Source of the DNA: an uncultured virus (IMG/VR IMGVR_UViG_3300044591_001667)
Lineage: Duplodnaviria; Heunggongvirae; Uroviricota; Caudoviricetes
Virus record (IMG/VR): IMGVR_UViG_3300044591_001667
DNA: 64,000 nucleotides
Reading direction: 5' to 3' (one strand)
The notes beneath the pieces are model-generated. The model had not been told where the DNA came from. It worked only from the letters and a program-made list of their open reading frames with translations, and did not search any database. Of the stretch, positions 19,328 through 28,222 are shown one piece after another. Both the position numbers and the translations under genes were made by a program. How positions within the stretch are numbered: the stretch's first letter is position 1; every line of letters begins with the position of its first letter.

Positions 19328-21091
19328 TTACTGCTGAACCTCCTCTGTTGCAGGGGCTGTCTCTGTAGGGGCTGTCTCTGTAGGAGCTTCTCCAACTGCA
19401 CCATCAAGAAGAGTTTGCAACTCTGGTGACATTGGAGCAACGGAATTTTCTTGACTTACTTGCTGAACTGCTTCCATAACTTCAGGAGCAACTGCCTTAA
19501 GCATTGCTTCTGTCAGCTCTGGAGTGATTGCTCCACGCTCTTGTAGAAGTCGAAGTGCAACTTCTGTAGGAGTTGGTGCATCTTGGTCTGAGAAGCCATG
19601 AGCACGACGCCATGTGTCTCCTGAGATTGCCATGCGGTCAAAGCCAGCATCTGCATCTGCAGCACGGTCATTGCGTGTAGAAACTGCTGATGGGTCGTAC
19701 CAAACTGTAACGCGGTTTACTTCAGACTCTGTAAATCCATTTGCAAGAAGATATGGACGAAGGTAAACAACTGTTAGAGAGTCACAGATAAGGAGCATTA
19801 GAGGCTCGATGTGTGCCTTGTAAAGTGCTTCATCAATCTGTAGAGCGTTTGAGTACTTAACGTTTGCAAGTCCTGTTACAACATCCTTTGGAACATCTAG
19901 TCCCTGAAGGATGCGCTCGAGTACACGGTCTGAACGCTCAGCAAGTGCTGGGTCGAATGAACGCTCGAACTTAAACTGCTTAATCTTGTCGCCAAGTTCT
20001 GCAGGTCCACGAATGATAAGAGGAACAACCGCGCTCGCTGATTCTTCATCGCGAATTGGAGTTGTCATCGCATCGATGAGTTGCTCTTCGAATTCATCTT
20101 CTGCTTCTTCAGCAGTAAAGCCAGCACCTAAACCATCTTCTGAATCGTATGGATAGTCTGGGTCTGCTTGTGCAGCAACAGAAAGTCCATCTGGAAGATA
20201 AAGTGCTCCTGCATTGAGACGAGAACGTGCAGTTGCACGGAATGTTCTATTAAGAAGAAGTAGTTCAGCGCAAAGATCTAGAAGACCACGGAGTGATGAA
20301 TCTGCTTCATCAGAGAAACGTGGGTGTGAACGCCAGATGCGACCAATGAATGCATTCTTGTTGAGTTTGTTGACTCCCATTGATGCACCGCCACCTTGAC
20401 CTGCACCCTGCTCACGTCGGCCAATAACATTGAATCCACCACGTGCATCTGTTACAACTTCGTCAACGGAACGGACGTCCCAAGATTCAGGAATTCCTGA
20501 ACCTGGACGTGCTGGCATCTGTACTAAGTAACACTCACCAGCGACAGAAAGATTAAGAGCTGCATCCTTAAGAAGACCTGCTTGTCCTCCGTATGCAGAG
20601 TTAAGACGGTCTAGTGCACGTTCTGCTGCAGATGAAAGACGCTCTTCAACAACTCGAGATTCTTTTACTGAAACTGGAGCTTGCGATGCATCATCAATTG
20701 CTGCTGCGTAAATACGAATGCGTGAAACAACAGATGCAACAAGATTAAATGCGTATTTGATTTCACCAATTGCGTCGTAGTATTCCCAAGCTTCTGCTTG
20801 CCATGCACTAGAAGATGCACTTCTACGATTTTTAAATTGCTCAAACTCGCCTTTGTCATTTACTTTGACTTGAACTGCTGCTGCAGTAAGAGAGCGAGGA
20901 ACGTTGTATGCAACTGACGAAGCAGGTGTAGTGGAAGTGAAAACTGAAAGAATGCCTGAAGGAGTTTGCTGCTGAGGCTTTGCAATAACTTGAGGGGAGC
21001 GAGTGGTACGAGTACGTCTAGAAGAGCGAGGCTTCGGCGTAACTACAGCCTTTGCTGGCTCTTGTGGTTCTTCTTTTTTGAATACAGCCAC
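19328..21091 (-). CDS. Portal protein
   Basis: 587 aa; WQAEAWEYYDAIGEIKYA, IWRSHPR..EADSSLR resemble actinophage portals; first large gene of head module. Confidence 0.75.
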   Translation of the reverse strand: MAVFKKEEPQEPAKAVVTPKPRSSRRTRTTRSPQVIAKPQQQTPSGILSVFTSTTPASSVAYNVPRSLTAAAVQVKVNDKGEFEQFKNRRSASSSAWQAEAWEYYDAIGEIKYAFNLVASVVSRIRIYAAAIDDASQAPVSVKESRVVEERLSSAAERALDRLNSAYGGQAGLLKDAALNLSVAGECYLVQMPARPGSGIPESWDVRSVDEVVTDARGGFNVIGRREQGAGQGGGASMGVNKLNKNAFIGRIWRSHPRFSDEADSSLRGLLDLCAELLLLNRTFRATARSRLNAGALYLPDGLSVAAQADPDYPYDSEDGLGAGFTAEEAEDEFEEQLIDAMTTPIRDEESASAVVPLIIRGPAELGDKIKQFKFERSFDPALAERSDRVLERILQGLDVPKDVVTGLANVKYSNALQIDEALYKAHIEPLMLLICDSLTVVYLRPYLLANGFTESEVNRVTVWYDPSAVSTRNDRAADADAGFDRMAISGDTWRRAHGFSDQDAPTPTEVALRLLQERGAITPELTEAMLKAVAPEVMEAVQQVSQENSVAPMSPELQTLLDGAVGEAPTETAPTETAPATEEVQQ

Positions 21092-21124
21092 TGTCTAACC
21101 CTTCACTTTGTTACGGAGCACGAG

Positions 21125-21409
21125 TTATTTGTCCTCATACGCAGTCAACAGTCCCGCTATGGCTGATAGTGCGAATGGCACTAAAAGAATAGCAGTTACT
21201 GATGTAATCATAAAGCATCCGTAGATAAGTGATGCTGTCCAAATCGACATACACCACTCGCAGGTGAATAGATAACCTACCTTTGAGGACTCTGGAGGAC
21301 GCTTTTTCCAGACTCTAGTTCTAATAGGCTCGGTAATAACGTCTCGCGTTATTAGTCTGGTTATGCGAAACGTTGCAAGGCCAAGAATTGCAAATTCAAG
21401 GAGTGTCAT
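21125..21409 (-). CDS. Small membrane protein, DUF1360-like
   Basis: LATFRITRLITRD..TEPIR and LFTCEWCMSIW, two hydrophobic helices. Confidence 0.7.
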   Translation of the reverse strand: MTLLEFAILGLATFRITRLITRDVITEPIRTRVWKKRPPESSKVGYLFTCEWCMSIWTASLIYGCFMITSVTAILLVPFALSAIAGLLTAYEDK

Positions 21410-21771
21410 TTACTTGGGTCCTCTGAAGAGGAGACAATGCTGCCAAAAGGGTTCCAACTGCGAAGTCTTGAGCCACAACCGCAATTAGTGTCTTTAATGA
21501 AGGCCAACATTTTGCCTGATTCGGTTTTTACGCGGTCTAAGCCCTTCTCATTAATCATCTCTTCGACCTTCTCGCGGAAGACCAACTGGGGACCTTCAGG
21601 AGAATCCACAGCAATCAAAATCTGGTTATTGAGAACCACAACCCGACACCTATCCACTTTCCTTGTCCCTTGGGGCAAATCCCCTGTGACATTGGCTTGG
21701 CTGAGATCGGAAAGGGAGCCCGGAGAAATGACTTTTACAATGGCTGGAAATACGTCTAGTTGTTTTCTCAT
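21406..21771 (-). CDS. Hypothetical protein with CGCG motif
   Basis: Start reassigned to ATG 21771 (TAATG overlap with upstream gene); MRKQLDVFP...NCGCGSRLRSWNP. Confidence 0.6.
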   Translation of the reverse strand: MRKQLDVFPAIVKVISPGSLSDLSQANVTGDLPQGTRKVDRCRVVVLNNQILIAVDSPEGPQLVFREKVEEMINEKGLDRVKTESGKMLAFIKDTNCGCGSRLRSWNPFGSIVSSSEDPSK

Positions 21772-22106
21772 TATTCCTCTGTGTATTCGGTTGGGATGTA
21801 GAAATCGTTCCAACCCAAAGCTTGTTTGGCTATAGGCATTGGAACTATCAGAGGAAAAGCTCTTCCACTGGAGGGTAGTAGGTCTAGGACTTCGGAAGAA
21901 GAGTAGACAAATTTGGCATTTCGCCACTCTCGCTTTTTCTTAAGAAGGGTAATTGGGAAAACCATAGGCAGAGTTGAGTCGGTGGTAGTCATAGTCTCAA
22001 GGGCTCGAACTTGTTTACCTGTCTTAGTTTTAGGGTTAGACCACACAACGATGGCTAACTCTTCAGGGGCATAAGAACCTGTCTTGTTTTTAAAGGTCGT
22101 ATTCAT
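21771..22106 (-). CDS. Hypothetical protein
   Basis: 111 aa coupled to both neighbours. Confidence 0.6.
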   Translation of the reverse strand: MNTTFKNKTGSYAPEELAIVVWSNPKTKTGKQVRALETMTTTDSTLPMVFPITLLKKKREWRNAKFVYSSSEVLDLLPSSGRAFPLIVPMPIAKQALGWNDFYIPTEYTEE

Positions 22107-22597
22107 TTGGCAATTCTTCTTGCCATAGCTCGATACGAAACACCAGCCGCCTCAGCAATAGCCTGAGTAGGCACACCCATTGTGTAGAGAGTCTTAACCA
22201 TCGTAGTCAACTGGTCATTGGCAATAGCCACAGGATGACCCGCAGGGGTCTTTGCTCGGAATCTCCTAGCCTGATTTGAAAGGTCTCGAAGTTGGTCTTT
22301 TACATGGGAAGGGACGCCCGGAGAAACGGTCCTCAAACGGGGCGCTGTCTTAACAGGAGTCGAAACCGTAAAAGAGCGTGGAGGTGGAGTTGGCACAGAG
22401 CGGTGCTGTTCAACAGAGGCTGCCCTACGCACCCAGAAGTGGACGGTGGTTTTAGGTTTTGGGGGATTAAGAGATGACCCAATGGACTGTAGAGACCAAC
22501 CAGCCTCCCACAAAGCTCGCATGCGCGACTCAGAGGTGGACTTATCCAAAGACTGGATAAAGGCCACTTCATCTGTAGGGAGGTGGGGAATCTTCAC
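22103..22597 (-). CDS. Helix-turn-helix DNA-binding protein (two HTH-like segments)
   Basis: GWSLQSIG..KTTVHFWV and GVPTQAIAEAAGVSYRAMARR; leaderless start (TACTCT-N6-GTG). Confidence 0.7.
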   Translation of the reverse strand: MKIPHLPTDEVAFIQSLDKSTSESRMRALWEAGWSLQSIGSSLNPPKPKTTVHFWVRRAASVEQHRSVPTPPPRSFTVSTPVKTAPRLRTVSPGVPSHVKDQLRDLSNQARRFRAKTPAGHPVAIANDQLTTMVKTLYTMGVPTQAIAEAAGVSYRAMARRIAK

Positions 22598-22779
22598 TTA
22601 TTTAGAGTACAGCATTTTAAAAGTGGCGTACAGCATCTTTTTCATTGTACGGCAGCATCGATTTACTGAACCTTTACGTTTTTTGACTTTGGGGTGCGAG
22701 ACGGCAGTGCTTATATTTCAGCCTTTTGCAAATCGTTCCGGGCTTTTTTTGCTTTGCGTCTGGCTTTCTCCTCTAGGAT

Positions 22780-23260
22780 TTTTTGTTACCAGGTTCAAAC
22801 AATGCTTCATGTTTTTTATTTTTCTCTGGCTATTGGGCTAGTTATGTATAACAAAAAAACTCTTTAGAAAGACTTGTGCAAAAAGGTTAGGTGCTTATAC
22901 AAACAGGTGCTTGTCATCTTGTGCTTGCTTTGTCTTGTCAAGGTGGGCTTGACTTGTCAAGGCTAGAAAGTTATTAGGTTGTTGGCTTTGGCCTGGCTAC
23001 TAGCAATCTTGGTTGGCTAGGTTATTGAGTTGTTGCTAAGTGGGCTGGTCAATGTCTGGTCAAGCTACTGGCGAGTAGGAAATAATCTGGCTATAGATAC
23101 AAACAACTTACAAATGTCTGGCCTGGTACATGTGTGCCTGGCTAAGTCTGGCTAGGCTACTGGCTGGGGGCTAAGTTATTGTGATGTTGGGATTAGCACT
23201 CTGAGCCTAGAGTGCTAAAAACTTGTTACCAAACTGTTATCTAATTCACTGGCTTTGGGC
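22780..23260. repeat. Non-coding strand-skewed low-complexity region (CTGGCTA/GGCTA and CTTGT repeats) between divergent gene blocks
   Basis: Repeats visible on + strand; no credible ORF. Confidence 0.6.
23193..23218. promoter_or_regulatory. CIRCE-like inverted repeat with 8-nt spacer
   Basis: TTAGCACTC-tgagccta-GAGTGCTAA; arms equal HrcA operator consensus, canonical spacer is 9. Confidence 0.45.
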
Positions 23261-23288
23261 TTGACATTATGCAGGAAGGTGTTAGATT
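23225..23288 (+). promoter_or_regulatory. Promoter with upstream GTTAC-N6-GTTAT box and TGCAGGAAG core
   Basis: TTGACA 23261, TGCAGGAAGG, TG, TAGATT 23283. Confidence 0.75.
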
Positions 23289-23335
23289 AAGCATGTGGTG
23301 AGAGGCTCACCGCATAAATGACGAAAGAGGCAAAG

Positions 23336-23545
23336 ATGAAAACTTATGGAGTATCAATCACCGCAGGTGGAGTTTCATACAACTTCCATGTGGATTCAAT
23401 CAAGAAGGTTCGTGAGTTATTTACAGGCTCTCGATACATTACAAAGTTCGCCGTAACTGAGCAGACACACGAGTTCACGACATTCACTTCCCGTGAGATG
23501 GACGATGTTGAAGTGCAGGACATTATCTGGGGAAGGGCTGCCTAA
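23336..23545 (+). CDS. Hypothetical protein
   Basis: ATG 23336 follows ATGACGAAAGAGG motif and promoter. Confidence 0.65.
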   Translation: MKTYGVSITAGGVSYNFHVDSIKKVRELFTGSRYITKFAVTEQTHEFTTFTSREMDDVEVQDIIWGRAA

Positions 23546-23874
23546 TGAAGACCGCACTAGTTCTCAAGGCAGACGGCACAATCGAGACCCTAGACAACAC
23601 AGGGCTTCAAGCTTTACAAACTGCAGTAGGTGGCTGGGTGCAAGCCGTAGACCTAGCAGATGACTTGACAATGTGGCTCAACGAAGAAGGCAAACTTGTA
23701 GGGCTACCGCACAACACAACCGCACAGAAACTCTGGGATAAGACTTTCTGGGTTGGTTCAGACTTCGTCGTTGGTGATGTCGTTCTCACTGGTGGCACAG
23801 ATAACGAGGGGGAGACCCTCGCTCTGGGCGACGACACCGCACAACGAGTACGAGAGATACTGGTTGCCTCCTAG
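23545..23874 (+). CDS. DUF3846-like protein
   Basis: LQALQTAVGGWVQ..MWLNEEGK..LPHN..VVGDVVL. Confidence 0.7.
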   Translation: MKTALVLKADGTIETLDNTGLQALQTAVGGWVQAVDLADDLTMWLNEEGKLVGLPHNTTAQKLWDKTFWVGSDFVVGDVVLTGGTDNEGETLALGDDTAQRVREILVAS

Positions 23875-23884
23875 TATCCGCAGG

Positions 23885-23921
23885 AAACCCTCCCCTCCCC
23901 CATTCAAGGGGAGGGTTTTTT
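23885..23921 (+). terminator. Intrinsic terminator
   Basis: AAACCCTCCCCT..AGGGGAGGGTTT stem plus T run after stop at 23874. Confidence 0.75.
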
Positions 23922-23985
23922 GTTATCAAAATGTGATGTAATAAACAGCGATTCGACTTGCAATAGTGCAGGAAGGTGCTAGAGT
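23922..23985 (+). promoter_or_regulatory. Promoter with GTTAT-N6-GTGAT box and TGCAGGAAG core
   Basis: TTGCAA 23958, TGCAGGAAGG, TG, TAGAGT 23980. Confidence 0.7.
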
Positions 23986-24020
23986 TATCCGTATAGAGGC
24001 AAACGACGAAAGGAAAACAA

Positions 24021-24251
24021 ATGTCAGGCTACTACCCAGCAGGTGTTACAGGAAACGAATACCAAATCGCAGGTGGACATAACTTCGATTCAGTTCGTGC
24101 AGAGGCTTGCTACAACGAAGAGTGCAAGATGTTCGAGGTTGAAGATGTAGAGGCAGAGGTTGAAATCGAGTTGTATCACGACATGGAGTATTACGAGTGG
24201 AAGTGTCCAACTTGCCAAGCAACTAGAGACATTGAAAGAAATGTCGAATAA
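24021..24251 (+). CDS. Small zinc-ribbon protein
   Basis: CYNEEC..WKCPTC; ACGACGAAAGGA upstream. Confidence 0.65.
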   Translation: MSGYYPAGVTGNEYQIAGGHNFDSVRAEACYNEECKMFEVEDVEAEVEIELYHDMEYYEWKCPTCQATRDIERNVE

Positions 24252-24261
24252 GGATTAAAAA

Positions 24262-24297
24262 AAGAAACCCCGCCCAAAAGGCGGGGTTCTTTATTTT
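24262..24297. terminator. Bidirectional intrinsic terminator
   Basis: AACCCCGCC-caaaa-GGCGGGGTT flanked by A and T runs between convergent genes. Confidence 0.8.
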
Positions 24298-24303
24298 GTA
24301 AGA

Positions 24304-24792
24304 CTACGGCAATACTTCGACTGAGGTTCCAGCAAATACAGCCTTGATAAGTTCCTCTGAGTAGAGTCCAGCCTTAACCGCACTGTCGCTCTTGAAGTCT
24401 TCAAGGGCTTGTGCAGTTCCGACACTAATCCAGCCACGCTTGTCATCTCCAGCAGTCACATGACCTAGTTCAATGAGGCGTTCCTGAAGCACCGCAACAG
24501 AGTTACTGTTCTTTGAATACAGAGATTCAAACACAATCTTAGAAAGATAAACAGAAGTTCCATCGGCGATCTGCGATCCGACCACAGATTTTTTACCCCT
24601 GTTCTTCTTCTCAGCTGCTGCACCTGGTTCTTCAACCGCAACAACTTCAGGCTCAACTACGATGGCAACTGGTTCTTCAACCTTGACCATCTCAGGTGCT
24701 GGCTCAGCCATCACAACAGGGAGAGTCTCAGGCTCAACTGCGAGCGCCTTAGGCTCTTCCATCTGATACAAACGCTCTGGTTCTTGACTCAT
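24304..24792 (-). CDS. Protein with E/P-rich N-terminus and peptidoglycan-binding-like C-terminal domain
   Basis: VAVLQERLIELGH..G..TAQALEDFK; next to transglycosylase. Confidence 0.55.
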   Translation of the reverse strand: MSQEPERLYQMEEPKALAVEPETLPVVMAEPAPEMVKVEEPVAIVVEPEVVAVEEPGAAAEKKNRGKKSVVGSQIADGTSVYLSKIVFESLYSKNSNSVAVLQERLIELGHVTAGDDKRGWISVGTAQALEDFKSDSAVKAGLYSEELIKAVFAGTSVEVLP

Positions 24793-24794
24793 AA

Positions 24795-25442
24795 CTATCC
24801 TTTGGTTGGGTATTCAGCAAGGAAAGATTCAAACCTTTCACTGCCTTTATTATAACCGCTAACCTTCCAAGCCGAGAAGTTAGTTCCTTTAGCACTCATG
24901 TGAAAGGCAATCTCTGCATTGGTCACAGGGTCAAGCAAGTCTGAGTTCTTTGCTAGTTCATACTTCTCGATGCGTGCATCTCCAAGTGCTCCTATCATGT
25001 TGATTTGGAACAGCCCGTATGAATTATCACCTGTTCGGGTATTTGAGTTATGCGCTTTAGGACGACCATTAGACTCAGTCATCACCACAGCCCACGCTGT
25101 CTTCAGCCCTTGACCCTCAAACCCAACGAGTTTGAGCAAGTTCTTCAATTCAACTGGGGCTAGAGGTATAGACCTGTCTTCAAACAGCTCTAACTGCATC
25201 TGAATTTTCAGATTTTTTACCTCTTCGAGCTTCTCCTCCTGGGATTTAGCTCCAGCTATCCGTGCTGCTGCCAGATTGACGAGCCGCACTTCTTCCAATA
25301 CAACAGCGGGTGCTGCTGCTCCTGCATTCGTTTCATTAGTTTCTGCACTTGCTGCCGCACTCCATACGACTGCTCCTGCTAGCACTGCTGCTATCACACC
25401 AAACGTAGTAGTTTCGGCATGGCGAAATAAAGGACTTCGCAT
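24795..25442 (-). CDS. Membrane-anchored lysozyme-like/lytic transglycosylase
   Basis: N-terminal hydrophobic segment; AVVMTESNG, DNSYGLFQIN, LLDPVTNA..FSAW. Confidence 0.8.
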   Translation of the reverse strand: MRSPLFRHAETTTFGVIAAVLAGAVVWSAAASAETNETNAGAAAPAVVLEEVRLVNLAAARIAGAKSQEEKLEEVKNLKIQMQLELFEDRSIPLAPVELKNLLKLVGFEGQGLKTAWAVVMTESNGRPKAHNSNTRTGDNSYGLFQINMIGALGDARIEKYELAKNSDLLDPVTNAEIAFHMSAKGTNFSAWKVSGYNKGSERFESFLAEYPTKG

Positions 25443-25545
25443 TTGCTTCTCCTTTGTTAGGGGACATGGGCAGGTTGCTAGTTACTCGCAACCAATGGGC
25501 TAGGACGCCCTTCGTTCTGTCTAATGTGTCGTTTCATCATGAAAA

Positions 25546-25576
25546 CCATAGCACACATGCAGGAAAGTCTGTCAAA
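25546..25576 (-). promoter_or_regulatory. Promoter with TGCAGGAA core in inverted orientation
   Basis: Minus strand TTGACA-gactTTCCTGCAtgtgtgc-TATGGT. Confidence 0.55.
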
Positions 25577-25590
25577 CACAGACACTCCGC

Positions 25591-25986
25591 CTATGCGTAA
25601 GGGAGACTGTGTTCTTCTTCATACCAGCGTGAGCCTAAACTGCTCCCCTTTTTGGTCTTTTTACGCTTGTCAGAGACTTCGAGCATCTCATACCAGACTC
25701 CGTGCAGAGGTTCCGCGAAATCATAACCACGGGTCTTTGTCACCTGCGTCTTGAAATTGTCGTAGTTCATCTCCTCAATGCGTTCGGAAACCCAGAGATT
25801 CAACTGCTCCTTCGTAATGTAGACGCGATACTCATAGTCGCGTCCCTGGAGTTCCACAATTTTTACCCCGAACTTCTTCACAAATCCTTCGAGGGACTTC
25901 TTATCGCGAGCGCGAACTGAAATCTTTGTTCGGTCTTCCTTTGAAACAACCGCACTTACATAACCTGTATCAGTAAATAGCCACAT
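25591..25986 (-). CDS. Hypothetical phage protein
   Basis: Start reassigned to ATG 25986; MWLFT..GYVSAV..VRAR..DYEYR..NYDNFK. Confidence 0.65.
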   Translation of the reverse strand: MWLFTDTGYVSAVVSKEDRTKISVRARDKKSLEGFVKKFGVKIVELQGRDYEYRVYITKEQLNLWVSERIEEMNYDNFKTQVTKTRGYDFAEPLHGVWYEMLEVSDKRKKTKKGSSLGSRWYEEEHSLPYA

Positions 25987-25988
25987 AA

Positions 25989-26135
25989 TTACTCTCTTCC
26001 ACTTAGGACGGCGGACGAAATTGCTACTGCACCAAATGCCACCACGAAATCTGATGCTCCTACAAATGCAGATACAACCGCACTTGCTCCTGCGAGCGCC
26101 GAAATCAGCGCTGTCCAAACAATGTTCTTAGGCAT
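25989..26135 (-). CDS. Small hydrophobic membrane peptide (48 aa)
   Basis: Hand-translated MPKNIVWTALISALAGASAVVSAFVG...; fills gap between neighbours. Confidence 0.5.
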   Translation of the reverse strand: MPKNIVWTALISALAGASAVVSAFVGASDFVVAFGAVAISSAVLSGRE

Positions 26136-26328
26136 TAGTCACTATCTTTCTGTCTGGGCGGGTTCTACCCACCAATCTCTGGGACGGGTCTCTGAACTCA
26201 ATCCCACCTGCTTTAATGGCTTTGCGTGCTGTCCTGTAGGCAACGCCCAACTTCTGGGCTACTGCCTCAACTGCCAAACCATCTGAATACATCTTCGCTG
26301 CTTCTTCAGCAAGGCGCTGACTCTTCAT
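26128..26328 (-). CDS. Small helix-turn-helix protein
   Basis: MYSDGLAVEAVAQKLGVAYRTARKAI. Confidence 0.7.
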   Translation of the reverse strand: MKSQRLAEEAAKMYSDGLAVEAVAQKLGVAYRTARKAIKAGGIEFRDPSQRLVGRTRPDRKIVTNA

Positions 26329-26330
26329 TT

Positions 26331-26822
26331 TTACTCCTCGTCTCTTGGTCTTTGAACTGTCTGCTTCGGGTCGAAACCCATGTCACGCATTTTGCGTTCC
26401 AACTCCTGCCCACCTTCTTCACCTGAAACGGCGCGACCGCTCTTCCAAGTAAAGGGTGTCGTATCTCCCATCGGCAAAACCCATAGGTGATACTGATTCG
26501 CACCATCAACCAACATGGCTTCAGGTGGGAAAATCTCTATTGCTTCTCGCTGTGGACCCGCAAGTTCGTTCTTGATGCGTTGGAAATGACGCCAATCCCT
26601 AATCGCCTTGCGCTGTTGATGTCTGATGCTTAGGTGCATAGGACCATCATGTCCCTGATGCGGTATCAAGTAGGTTCTGAATACAACATAGAACCTGTTC
26701 TGCCACATGGTTTCGCCTTCTTGCAACAAATCTTTTCGAGGCTTGCCATCAACCATCGGCATCGCTTCTACGAACTCGTCCCAAGTCGGCGCTGTTGTGC
26801 CAGCTTTTTTACCCTTTGCCAT
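26331..26822 (-). CDS. Hypothetical phage protein
   Basis: HLSIR..DWRHFQRIKNEL.G..AIEIFP..LVD.ANQYHLW pattern. Confidence 0.7.
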   Translation of the reverse strand: MAKGKKAGTTAPTWDEFVEAMPMVDGKPRKDLLQEGETMWQNRFYVVFRTYLIPHQGHDGPMHLSIRHQQRKAIRDWRHFQRIKNELAGPQREAIEIFPPEAMLVDGANQYHLWVLPMGDTTPFTWKSGRAVSGEEGGQELERKMRDMGFDPKQTVQRPRDEE

Positions 26823-26824
26823 CT

Positions 26825-27004
26825 TCAGCCCCCAATCTTTGGAAGAGGAAGGTTCTTCATGTAAGCCTTCCGCGCTTCTCTTGTTGGTAGAGCGTCTCTT
26901 TCTTCCATCTGCTCTGGAGTCATGTAGGCAAACTTCAATAGGAAGTCCGCGAAATCGCTATCTGAAGTCTGAGATAAGTCTTGACCAAATTTTCCTTTAC
27001 GCAT
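26825..27004 (-). CDS. Hypothetical protein (59 aa)
   Basis: Hand-translated MRKGKFGQDL...PKIGG; TAATG overlap with upstream gene. Confidence 0.5.
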   Translation of the reverse strand: MRKGKFGQDLSQTSDSDFADFLLKFAYMTPEQMEERDALPTREARKAYMKNLPLPKIGG

Positions 27005-27213
27005 TATTTACCCCCAAAGTAGCACTCAACCATGTCGCCCCAGCAATACCCGTTCTCTGTCCACCAAAGGTTCTTGGCAACTGTCCAGATAACTACGAAC
27101 GCGATTACTGCGATTAGACCGAATACAACATTACGGCGCACTACATACTTGCGCTCTTGCTTCCACTTGGAAGTGTCGAACATAAATACTGCCTCTAGCA
27201 CTTTGTCGAACAT
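27004..27213 (-). CDS. Small membrane protein
   Basis: ATG 27213 after ATGACGAAAGGA; one TM helix. Confidence 0.6.
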   Translation of the reverse strand: MFDKVLEAVFMFDTSKWKQERKYVVRRNVVFGLIAVIAFVVIWTVAKNLWWTENGYCWGDMVECYFGGK

Positions 27214-27247
27214 TTTGTTTCCTTTCGTCATTTTGTCTTACTGGATA

Positions 27248-27278
27248 AGTTTATTACATCTTCCTGCACTTTGTCAAG
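27248..27278 (-). promoter_or_regulatory. Promoter with TGCAGGAAG core
   Basis: Minus strand TTGACA-aag-TGCAGGAAGATG-TAATAAACT. Confidence 0.7.
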
Positions 27279-27280
27279 TC

Positions 27281-27454
27281 TTAGTAGCCTCTAATTTCTT
27301 TTATTCTTTGCTCTTCCTTTATGCGCTCCTCATAGCCTTCTAGCCACTCGGTGATTACATCAAGAATACTCACCTGAGACTTTGCTCTACGGCGCACCCC
27401 ACCTGATAGGCGTCGGTATGAGCCATAAACTGCGCTGTCTGGTAGTCCTCGCAT
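27281..27454 (-). CDS. Hypothetical protein (57 aa)
   Basis: Hand-translated MRGLPDSAVYG...EIRGY; ACGACGAAAGGA upstream. Confidence 0.55.
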   Translation of the reverse strand: MRGLPDSAVYGSYRRLSGGVRRRAKSQVSILDVITEWLEGYEERIKEEQRIKEIRGY

Positions 27455-27637
27455 TGTCTTTCCTTTCGTCGTTTCTTCCTTACATAGATAACTTTATACG
27501 AAAGTGCAGGAAAGTCAAGTCCAAATGCAGGAAAATAAAATAAATTTTTTGTGATTAAAACCACATCAAAAATGTCCGAATTGTCTTAACACTTTTGAGG
27601 CTAAGGCTGAGGGGGGCTTTTTAACTTCCCAATAACT

Positions 27638-28222
27638 TTATCTAGTTGGCTGATGGCACTCGTCTTGCTGAACGAAAATCAAAAACTGCCCGCCTGTGTT
27701 GGGGTCAAGTTTCGCCGCGACCTCTAGCGAGCGCCGCACAGCAGCACGCACTGAAGAAACCGTGAATTTTTTACCCTCTAGCTCGTTGTGCAGCGATCCC
27801 AGCGCATACGATCCGCCTGATCCAAAAGCGTAGATCCCAGAAACATCTCTTGCCCAGTCATAGCCTGATCCAATTTCGTATGTAGCACCGTGCACTACGC
27901 AGAGAATTGTTGAGTCCTGACTACCTTTTTCGCCATACTGCACATCATCAAACAATGATTTAAGTTCAGGGATAAATTTAGTTGCTACAAATCTGTCAAG
28001 TTTATTGCCAGAGCAATTGATAGGCGGCGCAGGTGGCTTGAATTGATAAGCCAATAAGTTGATAGCCCGCATGTCACCCGCTGCGCCCAGCAAAAAGGGC
28101 CCATTTTTTACTATCTTTGGATTATCTTTTGGAAGATGGAAAACCCTGTCATCTTCAGTTACTTGGCTGTCACAACCAACCACAGACCAATGAGGTCCTT
28201 GCACAGCCACCATCGTTGTCAT
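27638..28222 (-). CDS. Proteasome-beta/HslV-like Ntn threonine peptidase
   Basis: N-terminal MTT, DSQVT, conserved Lys, GSGGSYALG, DPNTGG. Confidence 0.8.
   Translation of the reverse strand: MTTMVAVQGPHWSVVGCDSQVTEDDRVFHLPKDNPKIVKNGPFLLGAAGDMRAINLLAYQFKPPAPPINCSGNKLDRFVATKFIPELKSLFDDVQYGEKGSQDSTILCVVHGATYEIGSGYDWARDVSGIYAFGSGGSYALGSLHNELEGKKFTVSSVRAAVRRSLEVAAKLDPNTGGQFLIFVQQDECHQPTR

Noticed and set aside
280..21166. Many + strand and alternate-frame ORFs of 60-213 aa over the head module
   Set aside because: Antisense or frame shadows of long minus-strand genes; no RBS or recognisable motifs.
27550..27565. CRP/GlxR-like site TGTGA-N6-CCACA upstream of the 27518 promoter
   Set aside because: Single imperfect instance; plausible by chance.
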